NCBI GenBank assembly: GCA_965219455.1
Contig: OZ244744.1
Span: 2,176,001-2,240,000 of the forward strand
Source of the DNA: Candidatus Latescibacterota bacterium
GTDB lineage: Bacteria; Latescibacterota; UBA2968; GCA-2709665
Direction: 5' to 3'
Length of the DNA stretch: 64,000 nucleotides
The position numbers and the translations under genes were made by a program. Shown one piece after another: positions 10,475-21,102 of the stretch (position 1 is the stretch's first letter; every line of letters starts with the position of its first letter). The notes beneath the pieces are model-generated. The model saw nothing but the letters and a program-made list of their open reading frames with translations. It did not search any database and was not told the DNA's origin.

Positions 10475-11197
10475 ATGCGTTCCACTTCCAAAGAAGAAAC
10501 CCTGGACCTGCGTGAAAAAGGCAAACCCATCAATGGACAGGTACAGGCCAGCAACCGACGGCTCTATATGCAGTTGCACGTCTTAGGAAACTGCACGCGC
10601 ACGGACGTCCTGGCCGGCGCACTCGGTGAATCCGGCGTCGACGCCGTCCTGTACGTCGACCTGAACGATCCATACGGCGTTGCCATTCTCACCCTGTCCG
10701 AATCTCCGGGCACGTTCGTGGGGGAAATCCGCACATTGCTGAACAGCCATCCCTTCACCGGGCTTCGACCCAATTCCGACCTCACCATGATCGGACGAAC
10801 CTACGCCCACGGGTACGAACCCGACCTTGAAGACACACTGTTGCATAAACCACGCCGTAAGGTCCTCAACCCGGACTGGCCCTGGGCCATCTGGTATCCT
10901 CTGAGACGCAAGCCGGAATTCGGCCTGCTAACGGGAGACGATCTGCGGGGAATTCTGGGCGAACACGCACGAATCGGACGCGCCTATGCCGAGGCCGGAT
11001 TTGCCCAGGACATCCGCCTGGCCTGTTATGGCATGGACCGCAACGACAACGACTTCGTCATCGGCCTGCTGGGGCCCGAGTTGCATCCGCTCTCACACGT
11101 TGTCCAGGAAATGCGAAAGACCCGGCAGACCGCGCAATACGTGCAATCCCTCGGACCGTTTTTCGTTGGCAAAGCCATCTGGCAAACGCCTTTCTGA
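10475..11197 (+). CDS. Chlorite dismutase/HemQ family heme protein
   Basis: WYPLRR, ILGEHARIG, DIRLACYGMD, NDFVIGL, GPFFVG. Confidence 0.8.
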   Translation: MRSTSKEETLDLREKGKPINGQVQASNRRLYMQLHVLGNCTRTDVLAGALGESGVDAVLYVDLNDPYGVAILTLSESPGTFVGEIRTLLNSHPFTGLRPNSDLTMIGRTYAHGYEPDLEDTLLHKPRRKVLNPDWPWAIWYPLRRKPEFGLLTGDDLRGILGEHARIGRAYAEAGFAQDIRLACYGMDRNDNDFVIGLLGPELHPLSHVVQEMRKTRQTAQYVQSLGPFFVGKAIWQTPF

Positions 11198-11245
11198 GAC
11201 TGACGAAAAAGGACATTGAGGCCGCTTCACCCACGGCACGTCGAC

Positions 11246-12499
11246 ATGATTCGTAAAATCGAAGTCCTCCGCTACGGCTGCCTGCGTTTCATCAGCCGAC
11301 CGCTGGATCCGTTCCACATACTGGTTGGGCCGAATGCCAGCGGGAAAACCACCCTGCTGGATGCCATCGCGTTCCTCGGCGACCTCGTTTCCGTCGGCCT
11401 GGAGGAGGCCGTCGGAAAACGCACGGCCGACCTGCGAGATCTGGTCTGGCGTCGGACGTTCGACCCGTTCGAACTGGCCATTGATCTGAGCATACCGGCG
11501 CAGAAAACCGACCTTTTCGAAAACCGGCAATACAATCGATGCCGTTACGAAATCGCCATTGGGCCGTCAACCGAAACCGGTGAGACTGCCATTCTCGCGG
11601 AACGTGTTCTGCTTCTCCCCGACGTTCCCCACGAAGACGTCGAGTCCGAACAGCAGACGCTTTTCCCGATCGACCGCCCCATGCCCGACACGCTTGCCCT
11701 GCCCCGCCTCAGAGGCGCCAGAACCATTGTACACAAAGTTCACGGAAGCAACGATAACTTCTACTACGAAACCGGCACCGGATGGGACCACTCTTTCAAA
11801 CTGGGTCCGAGGCGGTCCGCTCTGGCAAATCTGCCCGAAGACGAAACCCGTTATCCCGTTGCCACCTGGCTGAAGGGCGTACTCAACGACGGAATCCAGC
11901 GTCTGGTGCTGAACAGCGCCAGCATGCGCCGTCCCAGCCCGCCCGGCCGTCCCGCCGGGTTCCGGCCCGACGGTACCAATCTGCCCTGGGTCATCTCCGC
12001 ACTGCAGACCAGCGCACCCGACCGATTCACGGCGTGGATCGCGTGCCTGCAGTCCGTCCTTCCCGACCTGAGAACCATTCGCACAATCGAACGTCCCGAG
12101 GATCGGCACTGTTATCTGGTCGTCCAGGATCGGAACGGCCTGGAAGCGCCCTCCTGGACAATTTCAGACGGCACCCTTCGCCTTCTGGCCCTTACGCTCC
12201 CGGCCTACCTGCCGGACTTTGGTGGCGCCTACCTCGTTGAAGAGCCCGAAAACGGGATACATCCGCGGGCTGTCGAAACCGTTTTTCGTGCGCTGTCGTC
12301 GATACAAGACGTCCAGGTTCTCTTAACCACGCACTCGCCCGTCATTGTGGGCCTGGCTGAAGGCAGTCAGGTCATCTGTTTCTCCAAGACCGAAACCGGC
12401 GCCACCGACCTGGTCCTCAGCACCGAAAATCCCGCGCTCCGCGAATGGCAGGGCGAAACCGATCTGGGTTCCCTGTTTGCCGACGGTGTGCTGGGATAG
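11246..12499 (+). CDS. AAA_21/ABC-type ATPase resembling MADS MAD3
   Basis: GPNASGKTT, ISDGTLRLLAL, VEEPENGIHP, LTTHSP; resemblance to MAD3 from recall. Confidence 0.75.
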   Translation: MIRKIEVLRYGCLRFISRPLDPFHILVGPNASGKTTLLDAIAFLGDLVSVGLEEAVGKRTADLRDLVWRRTFDPFELAIDLSIPAQKTDLFENRQYNRCRYEIAIGPSTETGETAILAERVLLLPDVPHEDVESEQQTLFPIDRPMPDTLALPRLRGARTIVHKVHGSNDNFYYETGTGWDHSFKLGPRRSALANLPEDETRYPVATWLKGVLNDGIQRLVLNSASMRRPSPPGRPAGFRPDGTNLPWVISALQTSAPDRFTAWIACLQSVLPDLRTIRTIERPEDRHCYLVVQDRNGLEAPSWTISDGTLRLLALTLPAYLPDFGGAYLVEEPENGIHPRAVETVFRALSSIQDVQVLLTTHSPVIVGLAEGSQVICFSKTETGATDLVLSTENPALREWQGETDLGSLFADGVLG

Positions 12500-12552
12500 C
12501 ACCCTGAGCGCCGGATGCGCTACGCGAGATATCCTGGAAACCTGAAAAAAAG

Positions 12553-12656
12553 AACCGGCCGGCGAAAGCGCCGACGCACCATGGAAGACCGCGGGAGGAA
12601 CCGACGACGACCCGACCGCCCGGGCAGTTAACCTTCATCGCCCGGGCTATTGTATT
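12553..12656 (+). promoter_or_regulatory. Probable ZMP/ZTP (pfl) riboswitch with terminator
   Basis: CCGGCGAAA...ATGGAAGACCGC GGGAG 5' domain and CCCGACCGCCCGGGCA P3-like hairpin (GGCG/CGCC pseudoknot possible). A second GCCCGGGC plus TATTGTATT can pair with the P3 3' arm. Directly upstream of purH. Confidence 0.65.
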
Positions 12657-12703
12657 CCAGTCACGTCAGTATCGAATTTCGAAGACACTCGAGGCCATGC
12701 GCC

Positions 12704-13873
12704 ATGGTTGAACTCGCCCTGAAATACGGATGCAACCCACACCAGAAACACGCAAGAATATACAACAAATATGGCTCGCTGCCCTTCACCGTATTGAACG
12801 GCTCGCCCGGCTATATCAACCTGCTCGATGCGCTCAATTCCTGGCAGCTTGTAAGGGAATTGAGGCAGACGCTCGGCGCACCTGCGGCCGCTTCCTTCAA
12901 ACACATCAGCCCCGCCGGCGCCGCAGTGGCCGTTCCTCTGAACGACGACCTGAAGAAAGCCTATTTTGTTGAAGACCTGGATCTCTCGCCCTTAGCCGTG
13001 GCATACGCCCGCGCCCGGGGCGCCGACCGGCTATCTTCATATGGCGATTGGGCTGCCCTTAGCGACACGGTGGACGACCCCACCGCCAGACTCCTGCGCC
13101 GCGAGGTCTCCGATGGCGTGATTGCGCCCGGGTATGAACCGGAAGCCCTGGATATATTGAAGCAGAAAAAAGGAGGCGCCTACCCGGTCCTTCAAATCAA
13201 TCCGGATTACAAACCCCGGGAAATGGAGCGCCGGGAGGTGTTCGGACTCACTTTTGAGCAGCAATGCAACACCCGGGTCGCCGGTCCTGAGATATTGAAA
13301 AACGTCGTTACTCGCAGACAGGAAATCCCCCCGGACAAAGCCCGCGATATGCTTGTGGCCACAATCACGCTCAAGTTCACCCAGTCCAACTCCATCTGCT
13401 TCGCATTGCAGGGCCAGGCCATTGGCGTGGGTGCGGGCCAGCAAAACCGCATTGCATGCACCGATCTCGCTGCAAACAAGGCCGAAGCGTGGTTTCTTCG
13501 CCAGCACCCGGCGGTTCTCAATCTGAGATTCAGAAAGGGAGCCAGGCGGCCGGAAAAAATAAACGCGATCGATCTCTATCTCAAGGGAGACATGACACCC
13601 GAGGAACAAAGCGCGTGGCGGTCCTCGTTCCGCGAAGCGCCCCAGCCCATCGGCGATACCGCCAAGCGGGAATGGTTGCAGCGTCTCGAGGGCGTCGTGC
13701 TCGGCTCCGACGCGTATATTCCCTTCCGCGACAATATCGACCGCGCCGCTCGAACGGGTGTGGAATACGTCGTCCAGACCGGCGGCTCCGTACAGGATGA
13801 TGCCGTGGCCGCCGCCGCCGATGAATACGGCATGGTTATGGTCAATACCGGCATCAGGCTCTTTCATCATTAG
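12704..13873 (+). CDS. purH: AICAR transformylase (short PurH lacking the IMP cyclohydrolase/MGS domain)
   Basis: LKYGCNPHQ, GYINLLDA, SFKHISPAG, KFTQSNS, GSDAYIPFRD, RLFHH. Confidence 0.9.
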   Translation: MVELALKYGCNPHQKHARIYNKYGSLPFTVLNGSPGYINLLDALNSWQLVRELRQTLGAPAAASFKHISPAGAAVAVPLNDDLKKAYFVEDLDLSPLAVAYARARGADRLSSYGDWAALSDTVDDPTARLLRREVSDGVIAPGYEPEALDILKQKKGGAYPVLQINPDYKPREMERREVFGLTFEQQCNTRVAGPEILKNVVTRRQEIPPDKARDMLVATITLKFTQSNSICFALQGQAIGVGAGQQNRIACTDLAANKAEAWFLRQHPAVLNLRFRKGARRPEKINAIDLYLKGDMTPEEQSAWRSSFREAPQPIGDTAKREWLQRLEGVVLGSDAYIPFRDNIDRAARTGVEYVVQTGGSVQDDAVAAAADEYGMVMVNTGIRLFHH

Positions 13874-13898
13874 TGTTCTGTCCCGGAAATAGTTTGCC
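13871..13898 (+). mobile_element. MITE family A, solo left end starting on the purH stop codon
   Basis: TAG-TGTTCTGTCCCGGAAATAGTTTGCC. Confidence 0.75.
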
Positions 13899-14016
13899 AA
13901 TCACCCTTCTAGCCGGGAAGACGGTTTATTCTTCCCGTCGACGGTCCGGATGTACGCAAGGGGAAGCCGAGGTCGTCGCATATTTCCAATGGCTCAAAAA
14001 AACGTCGAATTTTCCA

Positions 14017-14045
14017 TTGACGACCGCGTGACCGGGTCTTATATT
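14017..14045 (+). promoter_or_regulatory. sigma70-type promoter
   Basis: TTGACG-N17-TATATT upstream of the sigma factor gene. Confidence 0.6.
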
Positions 14046-14256
14046 TATCGCTGAACGCAGTTCGATTTTCAGGAAAATGCGACTGCTGGTCTGTTCTTTT
14101 GGCATCGAAAACCATCGGCACCCGAACGGTCGCTCAGTTTCAGATCCTGCATGAGCCTCCAGACGCCGGTAATGCAGGATGAGCATCAACACGCTTCCTG
14201 ATGGATAAATGGGTGTACCTGAGGCATACGCCATCGCATATGGAGGTGCTCCGGAC

Positions 14257-15084
14257 ATGCAATCCAAGTATTTGGACGGCGACACCAACATCTATCTGCG
14301 CGATATCCGAAAATTCTCGCCGCTGAGCAAAGAAGTTGAGCCTGGTGTGATCGCAGACGCTCAGAAGGGTAGCCGTAAAGCCCTCGACTGTCTCATCACT
14401 GCCAACTTGCGATTTGTGGTCCGTATTGCGCGGGAATACAGCGGACGGGGTTTGCCGCTGGCGGACCTGATTGCCGAAGGCAACCTGGGTCTGATCCGAG
14501 CCACACGGACATTCGATCTTGCTCGTGGGCACAAATTTATCACTTACGCTGTCTGGTGGATCCGCCAGGCCATACTGTCAGCGCTCAATCGGTATACCCA
14601 CCCGGTTGTTTTTCCGGTGAATCAAATCGACGACCTTGACGTAATCAACAGGGCAAAGAACGCCCTTTCGCAATCGTTGGGCCGAATTCCCGATCTGGGC
14701 GAACTGGTTGAGAAAACCGGCATGCCGCTTAGAAGGCTGCGCCGCGCCCTCGAAGCCAGACGGACGACCGTATCGCTCGACAACTCCACGCACGACGGAT
14801 CCTCGGGAGTATACGCGGATACGCTCCCGTCCCAGGAGTCACGCCCGGACGAACAGTTCGAGGATGCCCGGATCAAGAAACTCCTGAAGGAATGCCTGAA
14901 CCGGTTACCCCGACGTGAAGCGCGGATCCTGAGTCTTTATTTCGGCCTGGACTCGGATAAGCCCGAGCCCCTCGAACGGATCGGCAAACGCCTGCAGATC
15001 AGCAGGGAGCGGGTCCGGCAACTCAAAGACAGAGCACTCAACAGACTCCGCCTCAGTTTTGTACAGGGGAATTTAATTTCGTAG
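14257..15084 (+). CDS. RpoD/RpoS-like sigma70 factor lacking region 1.1
   Basis: [38 protein letters not shown]; GGAGGT RBS. Confidence 0.9.
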   Translation: MQSKYLDGDTNIYLRDIRKFSPLSKEVEPGVIADAQKGSRKALDCLITANLRFVVRIAREYSGRGLPLADLIAEGNLGLIRATRTFDLARGHKFITYAVWWIRQAILSALNRYTHPVVFPVNQIDDLDVINRAKNALSQSLGRIPDLGELVEKTGMPLRRLRRALEARRTTVSLDNSTHDGSSGVYADTLPSQESRPDEQFEDARIKKLLKECLNRLPRREARILSLYFGLDSDKPEPLERIGKRLQISRERVRQLKDRALNRLRLSFVQGNLIS

Positions 15085-15107
15085 ACGGCAGAAAAGCACA
15101 CCCATAA

Positions 15108-15142
15108 ACAAAGCGGGCGGCCTGAGTGGCCGCCCGCTTTGT
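15108..15142. terminator. Bidirectional terminator
   Basis: ACAAAGCGGGCGGCC-N5-GGCCGCCCGCTTTGT between convergent genes. Confidence 0.8.
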
Positions 15143-15161
15143 CTGTACTGATGTTACCCGC

Positions 15162-16358
15162 TCACTGACCGGAAAAACCCGGGGGGTTCTTGATCATTTG
15201 CTGCTTCAACAACTGCATTTCCCGTTGGAGACGTAGGAACTCCCGATACAGGGCCTGGTTGCCCTGCTGCATTGAAAGCTGCGAAGAGGCCGACAATTCG
15301 TCATAACTGACCGGTGGAAATCCACCGGATTCCGGTGAGAGTTCACCCACCTCAACGCGGGGAGTGTCCGGTTGTTCACCTCGTTTGACTTTCATCCGGA
15401 CTTCGGTTCCCGGAGTTGTGGAAAGGACCAGGCTCTGAAGATGCTCGGCGCTTTCCACCTGCTGCTCCTGGAACGAGATAATCAGGTCCCCCCGCACGAT
15501 ACCACTTCTCTCCGCAGGGCCGTTGCGCGCAATGCTATCGACACGCACACCGTGGTATTCGGGGTCGTACTCTCCAGTAACGCCCAGCCATCCGTATACC
15601 GTCTGTGAATCATTCAGAAGGCGTTGGGCAATGCGAACTGCACGGTTGATAGGCACCACAAATACCGTGGTCGGAATCTCCTGTGCCATTCGGGCGCCCG
15701 GAGCCCCTTCCGGCAGAATTCCGGACCAAGGATCGGGCAACGCCCAAACCAGGCCCAGAATCTCCCCGGAACTGCAAAATACCGGTGCGCCGCCAAAACT
15801 GAGGTGCACCCGCGCCGCAACATGAATCAGATCCTGAGCGTGGTCAACATTGTAAACGAAACCAAACGAAGGCGTCAGGTCACCAAAATTGTTGCCAAGA
15901 ATAAATGCATAATGGCCGATGCGGACCCGGTCGGAATTCCCAATTGCAATCGGCTGCAGACCCTCGGCTTCAACGCGGATAACCGCCACTCCCGAAACCG
16001 GATCTGATGCCACCAAACGGGCCTGGAGACGACGCCCCGTACCCAGGGTTACCCAGATTTCCTCGGCATCTTTTACCGCGCGATGGACGGTTACGATGGT
16101 ACCCTTGGAATCCAGAACAAACCCGGTGCCATGCATAAATCCCTTGCCGTACTGCAGCCCTTCCACCGCCCCCGCCTGGGTATAGCTGGCATGGATGCGT
16201 ACGACCCCGGTCCGGTTCTTTTCCAGAATCTCGGCTCTCTCTTCTTCCATTCCCTTGAGCACGCTGCCAGCATCGCAATCTGCCGCACCGGGCCCGGAGA
16301 ACAGTATCCCCATTATTGTGGGAACCATCCATAGGGATCTGCACCGTCGTGTTTTCAT
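15162..16358 (-). CDS. HtrA/DegP-like protein (trypsin-like + PDZ) with degenerate catalytic triad
   Basis: GTGFVLD, GNSDRVRIG, GWLGV PDZ; TNxHV appears as TVHRAV, DxxxD as DPVSG, GNSGGPL as SFGGAPV. Confidence 0.8.
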   Translation of the reverse strand: MKTRRCRSLWMVPTIMGILFSGPGAADCDAGSVLKGMEEERAEILEKNRTGVVRIHASYTQAGAVEGLQYGKGFMHGTGFVLDSKGTIVTVHRAVKDAEEIWVTLGTGRRLQARLVASDPVSGVAVIRVEAEGLQPIAIGNSDRVRIGHYAFILGNNFGDLTPSFGFVYNVDHAQDLIHVAARVHLSFGGAPVFCSSGEILGLVWALPDPWSGILPEGAPGARMAQEIPTTVFVVPINRAVRIAQRLLNDSQTVYGWLGVTGEYDPEYHGVRVDSIARNGPAERSGIVRGDLIISFQEQQVESAEHLQSLVLSTTPGTEVRMKVKRGEQPDTPRVEVGELSPESGGFPPVSYDELSASSQLSMQQGNQALYREFLRLQREMQLLKQQMIKNPPGFSGQ

Positions 16359-16390
16359 TGTCCGTACGACTTTCTCTCCCTGAAGATTCA

Positions 16391-16993
16391 CTAAAAGGAC
16401 ACCCGACGCACGTTGGCCAGGTGCCGACCCGGCCGCATACGCACCATTGACGCGGCCTTTACGGAATCCGCCGGCGCGGTCCGAGAAACCTGTTCCGAAA
16501 TCGGATAGGACGTTTTCTGGGACAGCCTCTTCAGCGCCCCCTTGCGGTCCGCGGCGGGAAACGGCGAAAATGCGGGCGCAACCACCGTCAACTGATGCAC
16601 ACGATCCGTGGTGACCGCGCGTGTTGCCGGCGCCTCGTCGAGTGCCGTAGTCATGCCGAGCGCCATCAGCACGACCGCCACGCCAGATGCAAACGCCCTT
16701 GGAAGGGTTGGAAAAAATACGTCTGGCAGCCTGTTCCAGAACGAAGTCTTTTGAGCCGCCTCCATCATCAGTCGGCTCCGAAGCGCAAAATCAAACCCGG
16801 CGGAAGGCGGTACCCGCGACATCCTGGCCAGCCGCTGGGTCAGGTTCCTGACGCCTTCAAGGGAATTGGCGCATGTGGGGCATTCTTCCACATGGCGATC
16901 CATATGCGCCCGCTTTGCGCCTGCTACCTCGTTTTCAAGATAGGCCGATAATCGGGCCGCAAACTCACCGCAAGTTATGTGACCCTCACCCAT
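16391..16993 (-). CDS. zf-HC2 anti-sigma factor
   Basis: C...HVEECPTC followed by one TM segment. Confidence 0.85.
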   Translation of the reverse strand: MGEGHITCGEFAARLSAYLENEVAGAKRAHMDRHVEECPTCANSLEGVRNLTQRLARMSRVPPSAGFDFALRSRLMMEAAQKTSFWNRLPDVFFPTLPRAFASGVAVVLMALGMTTALDEAPATRAVTTDRVHQLTVVAPAFSPFPAADRKGALKRLSQKTSYPISEQVSRTAPADSVKAASMVRMRPGRHLANVRRVSF

Positions 16994-17060
16994 GTAATTC
17001 CTCCGATGGTTCTATTTCAATTGCCAATGTCCGTGTGGTTCGGAAAACGGCGTCATACTG

Positions 17061-17666
17061 TCAGATCACCAACCCCACGTCCCTTCCCTCATTCTTCAGC
17101 TTTTGCTGCAACTTCAGACGAGCCCTGTTCACGCGAGACTTGACAGTACCTACCGGACACCTGCTGATTTCTGCAATCTCCTGGTAGGACAGCCCTTCCA
17201 CGTCTCGAAGCAGGATGACCTGCCGGTAGTTTTCCGACAACGACATGATGGCCTGATGAATCTGCACATCGGCGATCGAAGATTCGGTAATTCGATCCGG
17301 CCGGTAGGACTCGTCCGGCAATTCCATCCCCGTCTCACTCTCCTCATCCCGGTGAAGCGGAAACAGCCGCCAACGTTTTCGACGTCTTAACTCGCTTTTA
17401 GCCAGGTTGCCGGCAATGGTAAACAACCACGTGGAGAAATTCGCTATTGCCCGATATTCGTTTCGCTTTCGATAAGCCCTGAGAAAGGCCTCCTGAACAA
17501 TATCCTCGGCTGTCTCCCGGTCGCCGACAAACCGAAAAACAAAGTTATAAAGCCTTCCTCTATAACGATTTACAATCTTTCCATAGGCTTCAATATCGCC
17601 ATTCGCAACATCTGTCAGAATATCAACATCCGACACCGCTCCGTTATCCGTGTTAACCATGAGCAT
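17061..17666 (-). CDS. ECF sigma factor (RpoE/SigW-like)
   Basis: AEDIVQEAF, FSTWLFTIA, LSYQEIAE, GTVKSRVNRAR. Confidence 0.92.
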   Translation of the reverse strand: MLMVNTDNGAVSDVDILTDVANGDIEAYGKIVNRYRGRLYNFVFRFVGDRETAEDIVQEAFLRAYRKRNEYRAIANFSTWLFTIAGNLAKSELRRRKRWRLFPLHRDEESETGMELPDESYRPDRITESSIADVQIHQAIMSLSENYRQVILLRDVEGLSYQEIAEISRCPVGTVKSRVNRARLKLQQKLKNEGRDVGLVI

Positions 17667-17924
17667 GGTCTTTCCCCCCTTTCACCTGCTACATCCACCG
17701 GGAATGGGGTATACAGAACCCTCAATCCAGACGATCACCGAACAGCTATTAAACCCTCTGGATTGAGAAAAGTTCCCGAAAAGCAAAAAATCTGTACTGG
17801 TACCCTAAAGCGCAACTCGCCTCTGCAAAGCATTCTCAAGACCGGATTGAGAGAACAACCAAACATAAGGAATTCCAGGAAAGAAAACAGCTGAATATCC
17901 ACGCATTCGATCCGGTTTCTCCGC

Positions 17925-17952
17925 TTGACATCCGCCTGCGATGTGGTATAAT
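17925..17952 (+). promoter_or_regulatory. Near-consensus sigma70 promoter for acs
   Basis: TTGACA-N16-TATAAT with TG extended -10. Confidence 0.7.
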
Positions 17953-18044
17953 TACAGCCGTTCCATCCGGGAATTTCAAGACCCGCTTTTACCGACATCG
18001 AATCTGCCATTTCATCCGTTTTAAACCGAAAGAAAGGGTTTTCA

Positions 18045-20045
18045 ATGGCGGCAAATCCAGACCGGATTCTAGAGAAGGGCGGACGATATTTCCCACCTCA
18101 ATATCTCAGTGGGCAGGCGCATATCGGTAGTTTCGAAGAATACCAGCAGCGATACCAGGATTCCATAAAGGACGTCGAGGCATTCTGGGCTGACGTGGCC
18201 GGAGACTTCCATTGGTTCAGAAAGTGGGATAACGTACGCGCATACAACTACAACGTCGACGAAGGACCCGTCTCCATCAGATGGTTTGAAGGTGCGAAGA
18301 CCAGCATTGCCTACAATTGCCTCGACCGTCACCTGGAAACACGCGGGGATCAGGTTGCGATCATCTGGGAAGGCAACGAACCGGGTGAAGATGGCCGGCT
18401 GACCTACCGGGAACTCCACCAGCAGGTCTGCAAATTCGCCAACGTGCTGAAGTCTCGGGGTGTAAAAAAAGGAGACCGCGTTTCCATATATATGCCAATG
18501 ATTCCCGAACTGGCCATTGCGATGCTCGCTTGCGCCAGGATCGGCGCAGTACACTCCATCGTTTTCGGCGGATTTTCCGCGGATGCGCTTGCCGACCGCA
18601 TTGTCGATTCCACCTGCCAGGTCGTCGTTACGACCGACGGCATGTTTCGTGGCGACAGACCGATGGAGCGCAAGGCGTTTGCCGATCACGCCATCGCCAA
18701 TGCCGATAGCCGGATGGGCGGCAAATCCGTAGATACCTGCATTGTCGTCCGCCGCGTGGGCGAACACGAGGGTATTTCCTGCCCCATGCGGGAGGGCAGG
18801 GACATCTGGTGGCACGAAGCCATGGAAACCGCCAGCCAGGATTGTCCCTGTGAAGAGATGGACGCGGAAGACCCGCTATACATCCTGTATACGTCGGGGT
18901 CCACCGGCAAACCCAAGGGCGTGCAGCACACTGTGGGCGGATATATGGTATACACCGCCTACACCCACAAAAATATCTTCGACTATCACGATGGCGACGT
19001 TTATTTCTGCGCCGCCGACATCGGCTGGGTTACCGGACACTCTTACATCATCTATGGTCCATTGGCGAACGGCGCCACGTCGGTCATGTTCGAAAGCACG
19101 CCCCTATATCCCGATCCGGGGCGTTACTGGCAGGTGATCGATAAATACGAAGTTGATCAGTTCTATACGGCGCCCACGGCAATCCGGGCAGTTGCCAAAG
19201 AGGGCAAAGCGTGGCCGGCCAAATACGACCTCTCCTCCCTGAAGCTTCTGGGGACCGTTGGCGAGCCCATCAACCCGGAAGCCTGGCTCTGGTACCACCA
19301 CAACGTGGGTCGAGGCCGGTGTCCGATCGTCGACACCTGGTGGCAAACCGAAACCGGGGGCATCCTCATCACCCCGCTTCCGGGCGCAACCGCCACGAAG
19401 CCCGGCTCCGCAACCCTTCCCTTCTTCGGCATCAAACCGGTTGTACTCGACCCCGAGTCGGGCAAAGAACTGGAGGGTAACGACGTCCGCGGCGTCCTTG
19501 CTATTGCGGAACCCTGGCCGGGGCAGATGCGCACCGTGTACGGCGACCACAAACGATTCGAGGAAACTTACTTTCAGCAATACAAAGGCTATTATTTCAC
19601 CGGCGACGGGTGCCGCAGGGACGAAGACGGTTATTACTGGATCACCGGTCGCGTGGATGACGTTATTAACATATCCGGGCACCGCATGGGCACGGCCGAG
19701 GTCGAATCCGCACTGGTCTCTCACGAGGGCGTGGCGGAAGCGGCTGTGGTGGGTTTCCCCCACGAAATCAAGGGTCAGGGAATCTACGCCTACGTAACCC
19801 TGAACGTCGGCGTGGAATACATCGATGCATTGAAAGACGAACTGAAGGCATGGGTTCGAAAAGAGATCGGGCCCATCGCCACACCTGACGTGATCCATTG
19901 GGCGCCGGGATTGCCCAAGACCAGATCCGGCAAAATAATGCGCCGTATTCTGCGCAAAATTGCCGCCGCCGACACCGGCGATCTCGGCGACACTTCCACG
20001 CTTGCAGAACCGGCGGTTGTGGATCAACTCCTGGAGAATCGATAG
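18045..20045 (+). CDS. acs: Acetyl-CoA synthetase
   Basis: [31 protein letters not shown]. Confidence 0.97.
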   Translation: MAANPDRILEKGGRYFPPQYLSGQAHIGSFEEYQQRYQDSIKDVEAFWADVAGDFHWFRKWDNVRAYNYNVDEGPVSIRWFEGAKTSIAYNCLDRHLETRGDQVAIIWEGNEPGEDGRLTYRELHQQVCKFANVLKSRGVKKGDRVSIYMPMIPELAIAMLACARIGAVHSIVFGGFSADALADRIVDSTCQVVVTTDGMFRGDRPMERKAFADHAIANADSRMGGKSVDTCIVVRRVGEHEGISCPMREGRDIWWHEAMETASQDCPCEEMDAEDPLYILYTSGSTGKPKGVQHTVGGYMVYTAYTHKNIFDYHDGDVYFCAADIGWVTGHSYIIYGPLANGATSVMFESTPLYPDPGRYWQVIDKYEVDQFYTAPTAIRAVAKEGKAWPAKYDLSSLKLLGTVGEPINPEAWLWYHHNVGRGRCPIVDTWWQTETGGILITPLPGATATKPGSATLPFFGIKPVVLDPESGKELEGNDVRGVLAIAEPWPGQMRTVYGDHKRFEETYFQQYKGYYFTGDGCRRDEDGYYWITGRVDDVINISGHRMGTAEVESALVSHEGVAEAAVVGFPHEIKGQGIYAYVTLNVGVEYIDALKDELKAWVRKEIGPIATPDVIHWAPGLPKTRSGKIMRRILRKIAAADTGDLGDTSTLAEPAVVDQLLENR

Positions 20046-20067
20046 GAAACCGATTGGTTTGCACTCA

Positions 20068-20099
20068 GTCAAGAGGGAGCCGGATGGCTCCCTCTTGAC
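20068..20099 (+). terminator. Strong hairpin after acs
   Basis: 14-bp perfect stem GTCAAGAGGGAGCC/GGCTCCCTCTTGAC. Confidence 0.6.
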
Positions 20100-20127
20100 G
20101 TTTATATGAGAAGGGTACCGCCCCGGG

Positions 20128-20835
20128 ATGACCCCGTTGCCCCAGAAATCTCTGCTCCTGCTCTCCGGCGGCATGGACTCCACGACGCTGCTCTGGTGGA
20201 TGCGAGACCGCGGCATTTCCGAGATCCACACCGTCTCGATCGACTACGGCCAGCGCCACGCTGTCGAACTCGAATCCAGCGCAACACTTTCCCGGATAGC
20301 GGGCGCAAACTCCCACCGCTGCCTCAAAGTCGACCTTCGGCAGATCGGCGGGAATCCGCTCACGGATAGAGGGCGCCCTATTCCCGCAGCGGAACAGGAT
20401 CGGCAGGCTCTAACCGTTGTCCCTTTCCGCAACATGCTCTTCGTCACGCTGGCTGCCGCGTGGGCAGAGGCGAAGGGTTGCAAGGATCTCTATCTCTCGC
20501 CGGTCCGGGACGACTTTCAAATCTACCGGGATTGCCGTCGCGAATTTTACGATATGCTGGAGAAGGCCCTGTCCCTGGGCGCCACGCGACAGACCCGCTA
20601 CCGTATCCATACCCCATTTGTGGAGAAATGGAAAGACGACGTCGTGAGCATGGGCCTGAACCTGGGTGTGCCCTACGCCGAGACCCACACCTGCTACGAA
20701 GGCAAACGCCCCGCCTGCGGCCGTTGCGACGCCTGCGTGGAACGCGTCGCCGCCTTTCGCGCCAACCACACCGTCGATCCTTTGGCCTACGAAATCGAAA
20801 TCGACTGGACAATATCCCCGGCGTCGCATCAATAG
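20128..20835 (+). CDS. queC: 7-cyano-7-deazaguanine synthase
   Basis: SGGMDS, YGQRH, VPFRN, YRDCR, TCY...CGRCDAC. Confidence 0.92.
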   Translation: MTPLPQKSLLLLSGGMDSTTLLWWMRDRGISEIHTVSIDYGQRHAVELESSATLSRIAGANSHRCLKVDLRQIGGNPLTDRGRPIPAAEQDRQALTVVPFRNMLFVTLAAAWAEAKGCKDLYLSPVRDDFQIYRDCRREFYDMLEKALSLGATRQTRYRIHTPFVEKWKDDVVSMGLNLGVPYAETHTCYEGKRPACGRCDACVERVAAFRANHTVDPLAYEIEIDWTISPASHQ

Positions 20836-20865
20836 GCGGCCATGCGCGACGATCCCCGGCCGGAC

Positions 20866-21102
20866 CAGTGTCCCGTCCCGGAAATATGTTACCATTCGGC
20901 CGCCTGCCTCGCATGCTTCAGCAGGCAGGCCGATTCATCCCGTCTTGCTGCGTTGCCTGCGCTGAGCTTGTCGACGTGCCCTCGATCGCCGAACTTGCGC
21001 AGGTCGCCTCGCTCAGGCGCTGGTTCCTGAGCCTGTCGAAGGATGCAAGCCGGGCGACTCGTCGGCCGAATTTAAGCAATCTATTTCAGGGACAGAACAT
21101 TA
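20866..21102 (-). mobile_element. MITE family A, full copy in reverse with an extra GCCTGC...GCAGGC hairpin
   Basis: Reverse complement of the 8492 copy; left end starts on the TAA of the 21100 gene. Confidence 0.85.

Noticed and set aside
6233-20835. queD + queC as a 7-deazaguanine DNA-modification (dpd) island
   Set aside because: The genes are 13 kb apart and no dpdA/tgt-like gene is present; ordinary queuosine synthesis is sufficient.
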